This document shows positions 8,878 to 16,790 of a stretch of 64,000 bases of DNA, one piece after another. The position numbers and the translations under genes are program-made. A model generated the notes under the pieces. It saw nothing but the letters and a program-made list of their open reading frames with translations. It was not told the DNA's origin and searched no databases. How positions within the stretch are numbered: the first letter of the stretch is position 1; every line of letters starts with the position of its first letter. The stretch comes from Cryomorphaceae bacterium (lineage in GTDB: Bacteria > Bacteroidota > Bacteroidia > Flavobacteriales > Flavobacteriaceae), in contig QOPV01000001.1 in assembly GCA_003331265.1 (NCBI GenBank), forward strand, positions 54,489 through 118,488. The letters are read 5' to 3'.

Positions 8878-10333
8878 TACTAATAATTAGGTCACTAACA
8901 AGCTTTCCAGAAACTATTGCTGGTGGAACACCGGGTCCTGGAACAGTAAGCTGACCACTAAAATACAAATTTTTAAGTTTTTTACTTCTAATTTTTGGTC
9001 TTAAAAAAGCAGTTTGTAAAAGTGTATTCGCCAATCCATATGCATTCCCACCATATGAATTGTAATCTTCTTTAAAATCATTTACACAATAGCTCGTTTT
9101 AAAAATGATATTTTTCTTAAGGGTTTGACCAGTCAAACTCTCTAATCTTTTAATAATAATTTCAAAATACTTTTCTCTTACATCATTGTTGTCATCAAGA
9201 TTTGTTGCAATTGGAATTAAAAAAAATGCATTTTCACAGCCCTTTGGTGCTGTTTTTGGATTGGTAATTGAGGTGAAATTAGCATAAAATAGGGGGTCTT
9301 TTGGCCAATTTGAAATATCGTAAATATTCTTTGCGTGATTGTCAATATCAGTATCAAAAAATAGATTATGGTGAGATACGTTTTTGAGTTTTTTATCAAA
9401 ACCTACATAAAATAATAAGGAGGATGGCGCCCATGTTCTCTTTGACCAATATTTTTTTGAATATTGACGAAATTTATTATTAAATAGAGTTTCTGTGTGA
9501 GCGTAATCTGCTCCTGAAACTACTATGTCACTTTTTATTTTTTTATTACTTATTGTAATGGAATCAACTTTCTTATCAACAATATTTATTGACGTAACCT
9601 CATGGTCAACATAATATTTAACTCCTAGTGATTTACCAAGGTCTACCATTGCCAAAACAACATCATAAAAACCATTTGTTGGTTGCCAAGTTCCTAAACC
9701 ATAATCAGCATGGTTCATAAAACTGTAAAAGGCTGGAGTATTTGAAGATTTAGCACCAAGAAACAAAACTGGAAATTCAAGAAGTAATCTAAGTTTTTTG
9801 TTTTTAAATCTTTTTCTTACCTCTTTTCTTATGTTACTTAAAAATGAACCTGCTTTTAGTACTGTTTTTTTTGTTATTAACTCAAGGGGGCTTAGTCCGG
9901 GCATTTTGTATAAAAGATCAGTTACAGCTATTGCATAATTGTCTTTTGCAATTGCCATGAATTTTTCTAATGCAATAGAGCTACCCTTTTCGTGTTTTTC
10001 AAAAACTTTTTTGATCTTTTCTAAAGAATCTTCTATTTCTATAAAATCGTTTTTACCAAAAAAAACTTTGTATGCTGGATTCAATTTTTTTAGGGTATAG
10101 TAATCGGATGTTTTTTTTCCAAAATCATTGAAAAATTTATCAAATACATCAGGCATCCAGTACCAGCTCGGACCCATATCAAAAGTAAATCCTTCTTTTT
10201 TAAATTGTCTTGCTCTTCCACCTAAGGAATTATTTTTTTCAAAAACGGAAACTTCATAACCTTGTTTTGCTAAATAACAGGCTGATGCTAGAGAAGAAAA
10301 ACCTGAACCGATAATTGAAATTTTTTTACTCAT
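8861..10333 (-). CDS. crtI: Phytoene desaturase
   Basis: FAD-binding fold KISIIGSGFSSLASACYLAKQGYEVSVFEKNNSLGGRA and a CrtI-like C-terminus (GQLTVPGPGVPPAIVSG). I place the start at the internal Met (MSKKISIIG, ATG at 10333). The longer ORF to 10375 would run into tRNA-Leu. Confidence 0.85.
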   Translation of the reverse strand: MSKKISIIGSGFSSLASACYLAKQGYEVSVFEKNNSLGGRARQFKKEGFTFDMGPSWYWMPDVFDKFFNDFGKKTSDYYTLKKLNPAYKVFFGKNDFIEIEDSLEKIKKVFEKHEKGSSIALEKFMAIAKDNYAIAVTDLLYKMPGLSPLELITKKTVLKAGSFLSNIRKEVRKRFKNKKLRLLLEFPVLFLGAKSSNTPAFYSFMNHADYGLGTWQPTNGFYDVVLAMVDLGKSLGVKYYVDHEVTSINIVDKKVDSITISNKKIKSDIVVSGADYAHTETLFNNKFRQYSKKYWSKRTWAPSSLLFYVGFDKKLKNVSHHNLFFDTDIDNHAKNIYDISNWPKDPLFYANFTSITNPKTAPKGCENAFFLIPIATNLDDNNDVREKYFEIIIKRLESLTGQTLKKNIIFKTSYCVNDFKEDYNSYGGNAYGLANTLLQTAFLRPKIRSKKLKNLYFSGQLTVPGPGVPPAIVSGKLVSDLIISNEKTI

Positions 10334-10348
10334 TAAATTTAATGTTTG

Positions 10349-10434
10349 TGCGCACGAGAGGATTTGAACCTCCAAGAGAAATTAATCTCACTAGGCCCTC
10401 AACCTAGCGCGTCTACCAATTCCGCCACGTGCGC
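10349..10434 (-). tRNA. tRNA-Leu (anticodon GAG), long variable arm
   Basis: The reverse complement folds by eye as follows. Acceptor GCGCACG/CGTGCGC. Anticodon stem CTAGG/CCTAG with loop TTGAGGG. Variable arm present. T-arm GGAGGTTCAAATCCTCT. CCA is not encoded. Confidence 0.85.
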
Positions 10435-10446
10435 AAAATTAAGAAG

Positions 10447-10519
10447 TGACCTGGCTGGGGCTCGAACCCAGGACCCTCTCCTTAAAAGGGAGATGCTCTA
10501 CCAGCTGAGCTACCAGGTC
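10447..10519 (-). tRNA. tRNA-Lys (anticodon TTT), copy 1
   Basis: Reverse complement: GACCTGGTAGCTCAGCTGGTAGAGCATCTCCCTTTTAAGGAGAGGGTCCTGGGTTCGAGCCCCAGCCAGGTCA. Anticodon loop is CTTTTAA. Confidence 0.9.
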
Positions 10520-10523
10520 TTAG

Positions 10524-10596
10524 TGATTTGGCTGGGGTTCGAACCCAGGACCCTCTCCTTAAAAGGGAGATGCTCTACCAGCTGAGCTACCAAATC
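10524..10596 (-). tRNA. tRNA-Lys (anticodon TTT), copy 2
   Basis: Same body as copy 1. It has two compensatory acceptor-stem pair changes (GATTTGG/CCAAATC) and one T-loop change. Confidence 0.9.
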
Positions 10597-10617
10597 TTAT
10601 ACAAAATTTAATGGCTG

Positions 10618-10649
10618 CAAATATAGGTTCAATAAATTTATTATTCAAA
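10618..10649 (-). promoter_or_regulatory. Bacteroidetes-type promoter candidate for the tRNA array (TTTG-N20-TATATTTG)
   Basis: On the minus strand, TTTG (10649-10646) is followed 20 nt later by TATATTTG (10625-10618). This matches the TAnnTTTG -7 consensus and lies about 21 nt upstream of the first tRNA-Lys. Confidence 0.4.
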
Positions 10650-10661
10650 GAGAATTTCTTA

Positions 10662-10669
10662 TAAATTTG
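10662..10669 (+). promoter_or_regulatory. -7 box candidate (TAAATTTG) for aroK
   Basis: Exact TAnnTTTG match 20 nt upstream of the aroK start. No clear -33 TTG. Confidence 0.25.
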
Positions 10670-10689
10670 CTGAATATCATATCATTAAT

Positions 10690-11238
10690 TTGAAAAACTC
10701 TAAAGTGCATATAAACTCACATATTATTATTTTAGGCTATATGGCTTCAGGTAAATCCTTGATTGGAAAAAATTTAGCAAATAAGTTGAGTTTAAACTTT
10801 ATTGATCTCGATGATGTTATCGAGTCAACAGAAAAAATGACAATCTCAGAAATTTTTAAATTAAAAGGTGAATTAGAATTCAGAAAATTAGAAAATAAAA
10901 TTTTGATTAATAGCCTAAATTCTAAAAACTGCTCAGTTATTTCATTAGGCGGAGGAACACCATGTTATTTTAACAATATGAACTTAATAAATGATAATTC
11001 TAAAAATGTTTTTTTTATAAATACTTCAAATGATATGCTTTCAAGAAGGCTTTATAAAGAAAAAAATAATAGGCCCATGATTTCGCAACTTAAATCACTA
11101 AAAATGATTAAAGAGTATGTTTCCAAACATGTTTTTGAAAGGATTCATTTTTATCGAATGGCAAATTATACAATAAATGCACAAGAAAAAAAAGAAGATG
11201 AAATTACAAATAGTATTATTGAAATTCTTAGTCAATAA
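10690..11238 (+). CDS. aroK: Shikimate kinase
   Basis: P-loop LGYMASGKSLIGKNLA, and DLD and GGG motifs (ISLGGGTP). The apparent start is TTG at 10690. A GTG 15 nt downstream is also possible. Confidence 0.75.
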   Translation: MKNSKVHINSHIIILGYMASGKSLIGKNLANKLSLNFIDLDDVIESTEKMTISEIFKLKGELEFRKLENKILINSLNSKNCSVISLGGGTPCYFNNMNLINDNSKNVFFINTSNDMLSRRLYKEKNNRPMISQLKSLKMIKEYVSKHVFERIHFYRMANYTINAQEKKEDEITNSIIEILSQ

Positions 11239-11719
11239 CGGCAAATGAATTATTTTTTTCAAAAACAACATTTACATTTTCATCTATAGAGGTTGATAAT
11301 GAAATTCCCTTAAAATCAATTTTAATAGGAAATTTTTTATGATTTCTATCTATTAAAACTACAGTATTGAAATTGGATAAAGGAATGTCTAATAAAAATT
11401 TAACACCATAAAGAAGCGTTTTTCCAGAGTTTAGTACGTCATCAATAAGGACTATCGATTTGTTTTTCATTTCATCTAACTCAAAGTTGGAATCTATAAT
11501 ATCAAGAGGATTTTTTTTATTTATTATCAAATAATTTAATTTAATAAATGATTGGGATATTAGTTCCAATTCTTTGTTAATTAGATTAGCTAAAGTGTAA
11601 CCATTTTTTTTTATTCCTATTAAGAAAATGTGAGATTCATTACTATTTTTTTCATGAATTTGATATGCTATCCTTTTAACTATTTTATTAATTTGATCTT
11701 GATTTAAGATTTTTTTCAA
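11228..11719 (-). CDS. Phosphoribosyltransferase family protein (PyrR-like)
   Basis: PRPP-binding motif IVLIDDVLNSGKTL followed by LIDRNHKKFPIKIDFKG, as in PyrR/UPRT-like proteins. Confidence 0.7.
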   Translation of the reverse strand: MKKILNQDQINKIVKRIAYQIHEKNSNESHIFLIGIKKNGYTLANLINKELELISQSFIKLNYLIINKKNPLDIIDSNFELDEMKNKSIVLIDDVLNSGKTLLYGVKFLLDIPLSNFNTVVLIDRNHKKFPIKIDFKGISLSTSIDENVNVVFEKNNSFAVID

Positions 11720-11745
11720 TTTTTTATTTTTAATTAGAAATAAAG

Positions 11746-12105
11746 TTAATCATTTAAATAATCATTTAAGGCTCTTCTATCTTTCTTACTTGGTTTCCCA
11801 TCATACTTAAAGCTATTTTTATTAGCTCTAATTATCTCTTTTTTTTCTAATTCTGATTTTGGGGTAATATTATTTATGTATAAATCCACAATTTTGGCAC
11901 CTATTCTTGATTTAGGTAAATTTTTAATTTCATATTGATTAAGAATTTGGTTTTTTTTCACGCTAATGGTCATATTTGGATAAACTTCCGAGGAGGGCTT
12001 CAAAGATTTTAAATTCATTTTAACATGCCCTTTTTTACAAGCATTACCAGCAATAGTTCTTGATTTATAAATTCTTGAAAACCATAAAAATTGATCAATT
12101 CTCAT
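11746..12105 (-). CDS. RNA-binding S4 domain protein (Hsp15/HslR-like)
   Basis: The N-terminus MRIDQFLWFSRIYKSRTIAGNACKKGHVKMN is typical of the S4 domain. 119 aa. Confidence 0.7.
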   Translation of the reverse strand: MRIDQFLWFSRIYKSRTIAGNACKKGHVKMNLKSLKPSSEVYPNMTISVKKNQILNQYEIKNLPKSRIGAKIVDLYINNITPKSELEKKEIIRANKNSFKYDGKPSKKDRRALNDYLND

Positions 12106-12177
12106 TTCTATAATATATATCTAATTTTTTATCAAAAATATAAGAAAATTGTATCTTGCGGCATATTTATTTTTAAT

Positions 12178-13080
12178 ATGCGAAATTTTTTTAAATCACT
12201 TTCATATAACTTAATATTAATAATTTTGGTATATTCTTGCTCCTCTGATGACACTGAAGATACCCAAACTGTTCCTCTTGAACCAGTTGCTTCTCAATAC
12301 GCATTAGAAAATGATTCAATTGTAGAATTTTTAAAAACACATTTTTATAATTATGACGATTTTAAAACGTTAAGTTCTAGTGAAACAGCTGAATTAATTA
12401 TAGATACTATTTCTGGAGACAATATTGACAAAATTGCTTTATATGATCAGGTTTCAACAATGACTATTGAAATTGCTGACGAAAATGATGAAATGGTCGG
12501 ACACAACTTATATTATATAATTAATAGAGAAGGTAATGGAGCAAATCCATCAGTGGCTGATTCAGTTTTTGTTTCTTACAAGGGATTGACTTTAGGAAAT
12601 ACTACATTTGATTCTAGAAAAATTCCAATATGGTTAGATCAGACATCTGTTGTTCGTGGTTTTCAAGAATTTACAGCACTACTTAAAAGAGGAGATATAA
12701 TTACAAATAATAATGGAACTTATTCTTTTGATAATTTTGGAATTGGAATGGTAATTATGCCCTCTGGTTTAGGATATTTTAATAATGGTACTGTAAATAT
12801 TCCTGCATATTCTCCACTTATTTTTCAAATTAATCTAAATACTTTAAATATTGCTGATCATGACAATGATGGGGTTAATTCACTTTATGAGGATATAGAT
12901 AAAGATCATCTTTTTAATGATGATGATACTGATTCGGATAATATTCCAAATTATTTAGATGCTGATGATGATGGGGACGGAGTATTAACTAAAGATGAAT
13001 ACGATGCCAATGATGATGGAATAGTTGATGACTCTGACGGAGATGGAATTCCTGATTATTTAGATAATGATGAAGAATAA
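12178..13080 (+). CDS. Lipoprotein with FKBP-type PPIase-like domain and C-terminal thrombospondin-type-3-like Asp-rich Ca-binding repeats
   Basis: Start moved to MRNFFKSLSYNLILIILVYSCSS (lipobox). FKBP-like core is VFVSYKGLTLGNTTFDS ... VVRGFQEF ... IMPSGLGY ... IPAYSPLIFQINL. The C-terminus carries DxDxDG-type repeats (DHDNDGVNS, DADDDGDGV, DSDGDGIPDYLD). Confidence 0.55.
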   Translation: MRNFFKSLSYNLILIILVYSCSSDDTEDTQTVPLEPVASQYALENDSIVEFLKTHFYNYDDFKTLSSSETAELIIDTISGDNIDKIALYDQVSTMTIEIADENDEMVGHNLYYIINREGNGANPSVADSVFVSYKGLTLGNTTFDSRKIPIWLDQTSVVRGFQEFTALLKRGDIITNNNGTYSFDNFGIGMVIMPSGLGYFNNGTVNIPAYSPLIFQINLNTLNIADHDNDGVNSLYEDIDKDHLFNDDDTDSDNIPNYLDADDDGDGVLTKDEYDANDDGIVDDSDGDGIPDYLDNDEE

Positions 13081-13081
13081 C

Positions 13082-13711
13082 TTAAAGATAAAAAGACACA
13101 GCTAATAAATATAACTTTCCTTGGGAAGTTATGAATTGGTTTTTATCACCAACAGTTTCTTTCATAAATTTTATTTCATTTTTTTCGAACCCTCTTTCAG
13201 CTCTCAAGTCAATTTCAAATCTAGAGAATTTTATTCCTGCCCCAAACTGTAAACCAACACGATAGTCGTTTTTTAAATCGTTAACATTAAAATTTTCAAA
13301 ATCAACATTTTTAATAAATTCGAACCTTGGACCAGCAAATAAATTTAAGTTTTTAAAAAAATTATATCCAAACATGATAGGAATGTCTATTTTTTTTTGA
13401 TTAAAATCGGTTACAATATTAGTTGTTTTGACTAGTACATATGGAATATCATAACTATTTTTTATATATGTATAATTTAATTCCGGTCTTAAAAAAAATT
13501 TTTGAATTGAAAGTTTTAAAAAAACCCCAAAATGTTGACCATTTCTAGATTCAAAAATATTTATATCGTTTGAAATAGATTCAATGTCAGCGTTAATATT
13601 TAATTGGCTATTAAAATTAATACCTGCTTTTAGTCCATATTCAAAAGAAGCAAATTGAGCACAAATAGTTGAGGAGCTTAAAAAGAATAAAAACAAAAGT
13701 ATTTTTTTCAC
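13082..13711 (-). CDS. Outer-membrane beta-barrel (porin-family) protein
   Basis: Signal peptide MKKILLFLFFLSSSTICAQ, an alternating amphipathic beta-strand pattern, and an aromatic C-terminal residue context. Confidence 0.55.
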   Translation of the reverse strand: MKKILLFLFFLSSSTICAQFASFEYGLKAGINFNSQLNINADIESISNDINIFESRNGQHFGVFLKLSIQKFFLRPELNYTYIKNSYDIPYVLVKTTNIVTDFNQKKIDIPIMFGYNFFKNLNLFAGPRFEFIKNVDFENFNVNDLKNDYRVGLQFGAGIKFSRFEIDLRAERGFEKNEIKFMKETVGDKNQFITSQGKLYLLAVSFYL

Positions 13712-14665
13712 TTATTTCTTTTTAATGACCTCAGTAGCAGATTTAATTATAGCTTGAGAGTTTAGCCCGTATTTCTCCATAAGTTGTTGTGGTGTTCCTG
13801 ATTCTCCAAAAGTATCATTCGTTGCTACAAAACTTTGAGGGGCAGGATTGTTTTGCGCTAAAATTCTAGAAATACTTTCTCCAAGACCACCATGATAATT
13901 ATGTTCTTCAGCAGAGACTAGACATCCAGTTTTACTAATAGATTTCAAAATAATATCTGAATCTAGAGGTTTAATTGTGTGAATATTTATTATTTCAGCA
14001 CTTATCCCCATTTTATTTAACTCTTCCCCAGCTTTTATTGCTTCCCAAACTAGATGACCAGTTGCAACAATTGTTACATCACTACCTGGGTTTAATATTA
14101 CCCCTTTACCTATTTCAAATTTTTGATCAATTGCTGTAAAGTTTGCTACTTTAGGTCTTCCAAATCTAAGGTAAACAGGCCCTTCATAATTAGCAATTTC
14201 AATTGTTGCTGCTTTTGTTTGATTATAATCACAAGTATTAATTACAGTCATTCCAGGTAACATTTTCATTAAGCCAATATCTTCTAAAATTTGATGTGTT
14301 GCTCCGTCTTCTCCTAAAGTTACTCCTGCATGAGAAGCGCATATTTTCACATTTTTATTGGAGTATGCGATAGATTGACGAATTTGGTCATAAACACGTC
14401 CAGTTGAGAAGTTGGCAAATGTACCAGTAAAAGGAATTTTGCCTCCAATTGTTAATCCCGCTGCAATACCCATCATATTAGCTTCAGCTATACCAACTTG
14501 AATAAATCTTTTAGGATTTTCTTTTTTAAATTCATTCATTTTTAGAGATCCTGTTAAATCAGCGCATAGGGCTACTACATTTTTATTGTTTCTTCCCAGT
14601 TCGGTTAATCCATCACCAAATCCAGATCTGGTATCTTTTTTTCCTGTATCTATATAATTTATCAT
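13712..14665 (-). CDS. Transketolase, C-terminal (pyrimidine-binding) subunit
   Basis: 317 aa. FIQVGIAEANMMGIAAG and HAGVTLGEDGATHQ are typical of the Pyr/C-terminal half of transketolase. Confidence 0.85.
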   Translation of the reverse strand: MINYIDTGKKDTRSGFGDGLTELGRNNKNVVALCADLTGSLKMNEFKKENPKRFIQVGIAEANMMGIAAGLTIGGKIPFTGTFANFSTGRVYDQIRQSIAYSNKNVKICASHAGVTLGEDGATHQILEDIGLMKMLPGMTVINTCDYNQTKAATIEIANYEGPVYLRFGRPKVANFTAIDQKFEIGKGVILNPGSDVTIVATGHLVWEAIKAGEELNKMGISAEIINIHTIKPLDSDIILKSISKTGCLVSAEEHNYHGGLGESISRILAQNNPAPQSFVATNDTFGESGTPQQLMEKYGLNSQAIIKSATEVIKKK

Positions 14666-14677
14666 GAATTTTTAAAT

Positions 14678-15517
14678 TTAATAATCTCCAAGTGTTTCGG
14701 GATTTTGGTTAAGTGCATTTGCAAGCTGTTCATCATTTGGAGCTACTCCATGCCAAGCATGTGTATTCATCATAAAATCAACTCCGTTACCCATTTCTGT
14801 ATGCATTAAAATAACTATGGGTTTAGATTTACCAATAATAGATTTTGCGTATGTTAACGTTTCTAAAATATTATCAATATTATTACCTTCTTTAATTTCT
14901 AAAACTTCCCAGCCAAAGGATTTAAATTTTAGATCAATATTTCCCATTGGAAGAACATCATTAGTTGAACCATCAATTTGTTTTCCGTTTAAATCTATAG
15001 TAATAATTAGGTTATCTACTTTTTTTGCAGCAGCAAACATGATTGCTTCCCAATTTTGGCCCTCTTGAAGTTCACCATCTCCTAAAAGAGCAAAAACAGT
15101 ATTTTTATCATTATTTAATTTTTTACTCAATGCAGCTCCAATAGAGACTGACAATCCTTGCCCTAGCGATCCACTAGCAATTCTTACACCAGGCAGACCT
15201 TCATGTGTTGTAGGATGACCTTGAAGTCTTGAATTGATTTTTCTAAAAGTACTTAGTTCAGAGATTGGGAAATAACCTCGTCTTGATAACGTACTGTAGA
15301 ACACGGGAGAAATATGACCATTAGAAAGAAAAAACAAATCTTCATTTAAACCATTCATATTAAAATTTAAATCAATTTTCATTATCTTAAAATATAGTAC
15401 AGCAAGAAATTCTGCACATCCCAAAGAACCACCTGGGTGGCCTGAATTAACTTGATGAACCATTCTTAAAATATCTCTTCTAATTTGTGATGTTAAATCA
15501 TCTAAATTTATATTCAT
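14678..15517 (-). CDS. Transketolase, N-terminal (TPP-binding) subunit
   Basis: 279 aa. SGHPGGSLG, the GDGELQEGQNWEA TPP motif and NGHISP are present. It is adjacent to the C-terminal subunit, giving a split transketolase. Confidence 0.85.
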   Translation of the reverse strand: MNINLDDLTSQIRRDILRMVHQVNSGHPGGSLGCAEFLAVLYFKIMKIDLNFNMNGLNEDLFFLSNGHISPVFYSTLSRRGYFPISELSTFRKINSRLQGHPTTHEGLPGVRIASGSLGQGLSVSIGAALSKKLNNDKNTVFALLGDGELQEGQNWEAIMFAAAKKVDNLIITIDLNGKQIDGSTNDVLPMGNIDLKFKSFGWEVLEIKEGNNIDNILETLTYAKSIIGKSKPIVILMHTEMGNGVDFMMNTHAWHGVAPNDEQLANALNQNPETLGDY

Positions 15518-15636
15518 AAAAACAATTTTATATACAATAAAATTAATTATATACTATTCCAATCCAAACAGTTTTTTATATTTAAATACATAATTAATTA
15601 ACAATTGTTATGGTTTTTTTATAAGAGGCAGATGAT

Positions 15637-15644
15637 TATATTTG
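15637..15644 (+). promoter_or_regulatory. -7 box candidate (TATATTTG) upstream of tgt
   Basis: Exact TAnnTTTG match 13 nt before the tgt ATG. That is very close to the start codon, so it implies a very short leader. Confidence 0.2.
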
Positions 15645-15657
15645 ATTAATTTACTAT

Positions 15658-16788
15658 ATGATTTTTAACCTAAATTCTAATGACCCTAACACAAAAGCTA
15701 GAGCAGGGACAATTAAAACAGACCATGGTTTTATTCATACACCAATTTTCATGCCCGTAGGCACATCTGCTACAGTAAAAGGAGTTCATCAAAGAGATCT
15801 TAAAAATGAAATTAATCCAGATGTGATATTAGGAAATACATATCATTTATATTTAAGACCTGGAGAAAATATTATTGAGAAAGCTGGAGGTATTCATAAG
15901 TTTATGAACTGGGATAGAAATATTTTAACTGATAGTGGGGGTTATCAAGTTTATTCCTTATCAAATAATAGAAAAATTAATGAGGAAGGTGTAGAATTTA
16001 AATCACATATTGATGGTTCTTATCATTTTTTTTCACCAGAAAGAGCAATTAAAATACAAAGATCAATAGGAGCTGATATAATAATGGCTTTTGATGAATG
16101 TACACCATATCCATGTGAATATAATTATGCTAAAAATTCCATGAATATGACCCACAGATGGCTAAAAAGATGTGTTAAAGAGTTCAACAAATCCGAATCA
16201 ATATATGATTATAGTCAAACATTATTTCCTATCGTCCAAGGAAGTACTTTTAAAGATTTAAGAGCACAGTCCGCAGAGTTTATTGCCAATATAGGAGCTG
16301 AAGGAAATGCTATAGGTGGACTTTCGGTGGGAGAGCCAGCAGATGAAATGTATGGTATGACAGAGGTCGTTTGTAATATACTTCCAGAAGATAAACCAAG
16401 ATACCTTATGGGTGTTGGAACTCCAATAAATTTGTTAGAAAATATTGCATTAGGAGTTGATATGTTTGATTGTGTAATGCCCTCTAGAAATGCTAGAAAT
16501 GGTATGCTTTTTACAGCTGATGGAACAATTAATATTAAAAATGAAAAATGGAAAGACGATTTTAGCGTTATTGATAAAGGGAATTATTCTTTTGTAGATT
16601 TAAGCTATTCAAAGGCTTATTTAAAACATCTATTTTCTACAAAAGAAGCCTTGGGAAGACAGATCGCAACAATTCATAATTTAGCATTTTATATTTGGAT
16701 GGTTAAAGAAGCTCGAAACAAAATAATCGATGGCACTTTTTTGAGCTGGAAATCTAAAATGGTAAAACAAATGAATAATAGATTATAA
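15658..16788 (+). CDS. tgt: tRNA-guanine transglycosylase (queuine tRNA-ribosyltransferase)
   Basis: ARAGTIKTDHGFIHTPIFMPVGT, TDSGGYQV and LMGVGTP motifs. 376 aa. Confidence 0.9.
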   Translation: MIFNLNSNDPNTKARAGTIKTDHGFIHTPIFMPVGTSATVKGVHQRDLKNEINPDVILGNTYHLYLRPGENIIEKAGGIHKFMNWDRNILTDSGGYQVYSLSNNRKINEEGVEFKSHIDGSYHFFSPERAIKIQRSIGADIIMAFDECTPYPCEYNYAKNSMNMTHRWLKRCVKEFNKSESIYDYSQTLFPIVQGSTFKDLRAQSAEFIANIGAEGNAIGGLSVGEPADEMYGMTEVVCNILPEDKPRYLMGVGTPINLLENIALGVDMFDCVMPSRNARNGMLFTADGTINIKNEKWKDDFSVIDKGNYSFVDLSYSKAYLKHLFSTKEALGRQIATIHNLAFYIWMVKEARNKIIDGTFLSWKSKMVKQMNNRL

Positions 16789-16790
16789 AA

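Noticed and set aside
7591-10333. Expectation of a proteorhodopsin / blh (retinal) module next to the carotenoid genes
   Set aside because: No seven-TM opsin-like ORF or blh-like dioxygenase is present anywhere in this window. The crt genes are flanked by ribH and tRNAs.
10346-10585. 79-aa plus-strand ORF in the track, spanning the crtI upstream region
   Set aside because: It is entirely the antisense of three tRNA genes (Leu, Lys, Lys). The open frame is a by-product of the GC-rich tRNA sequence, not a protein gene.
13712-15517. Split transketolase as a possible disrupted (pseudogenised) tkt
   Set aside because: Both halves are intact ORFs with complete TPP-binding and pyrimidine-binding motifs, separated by 12 nt. 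Two-subunit transketolases are a known arrangement in various bacteria and archaea.
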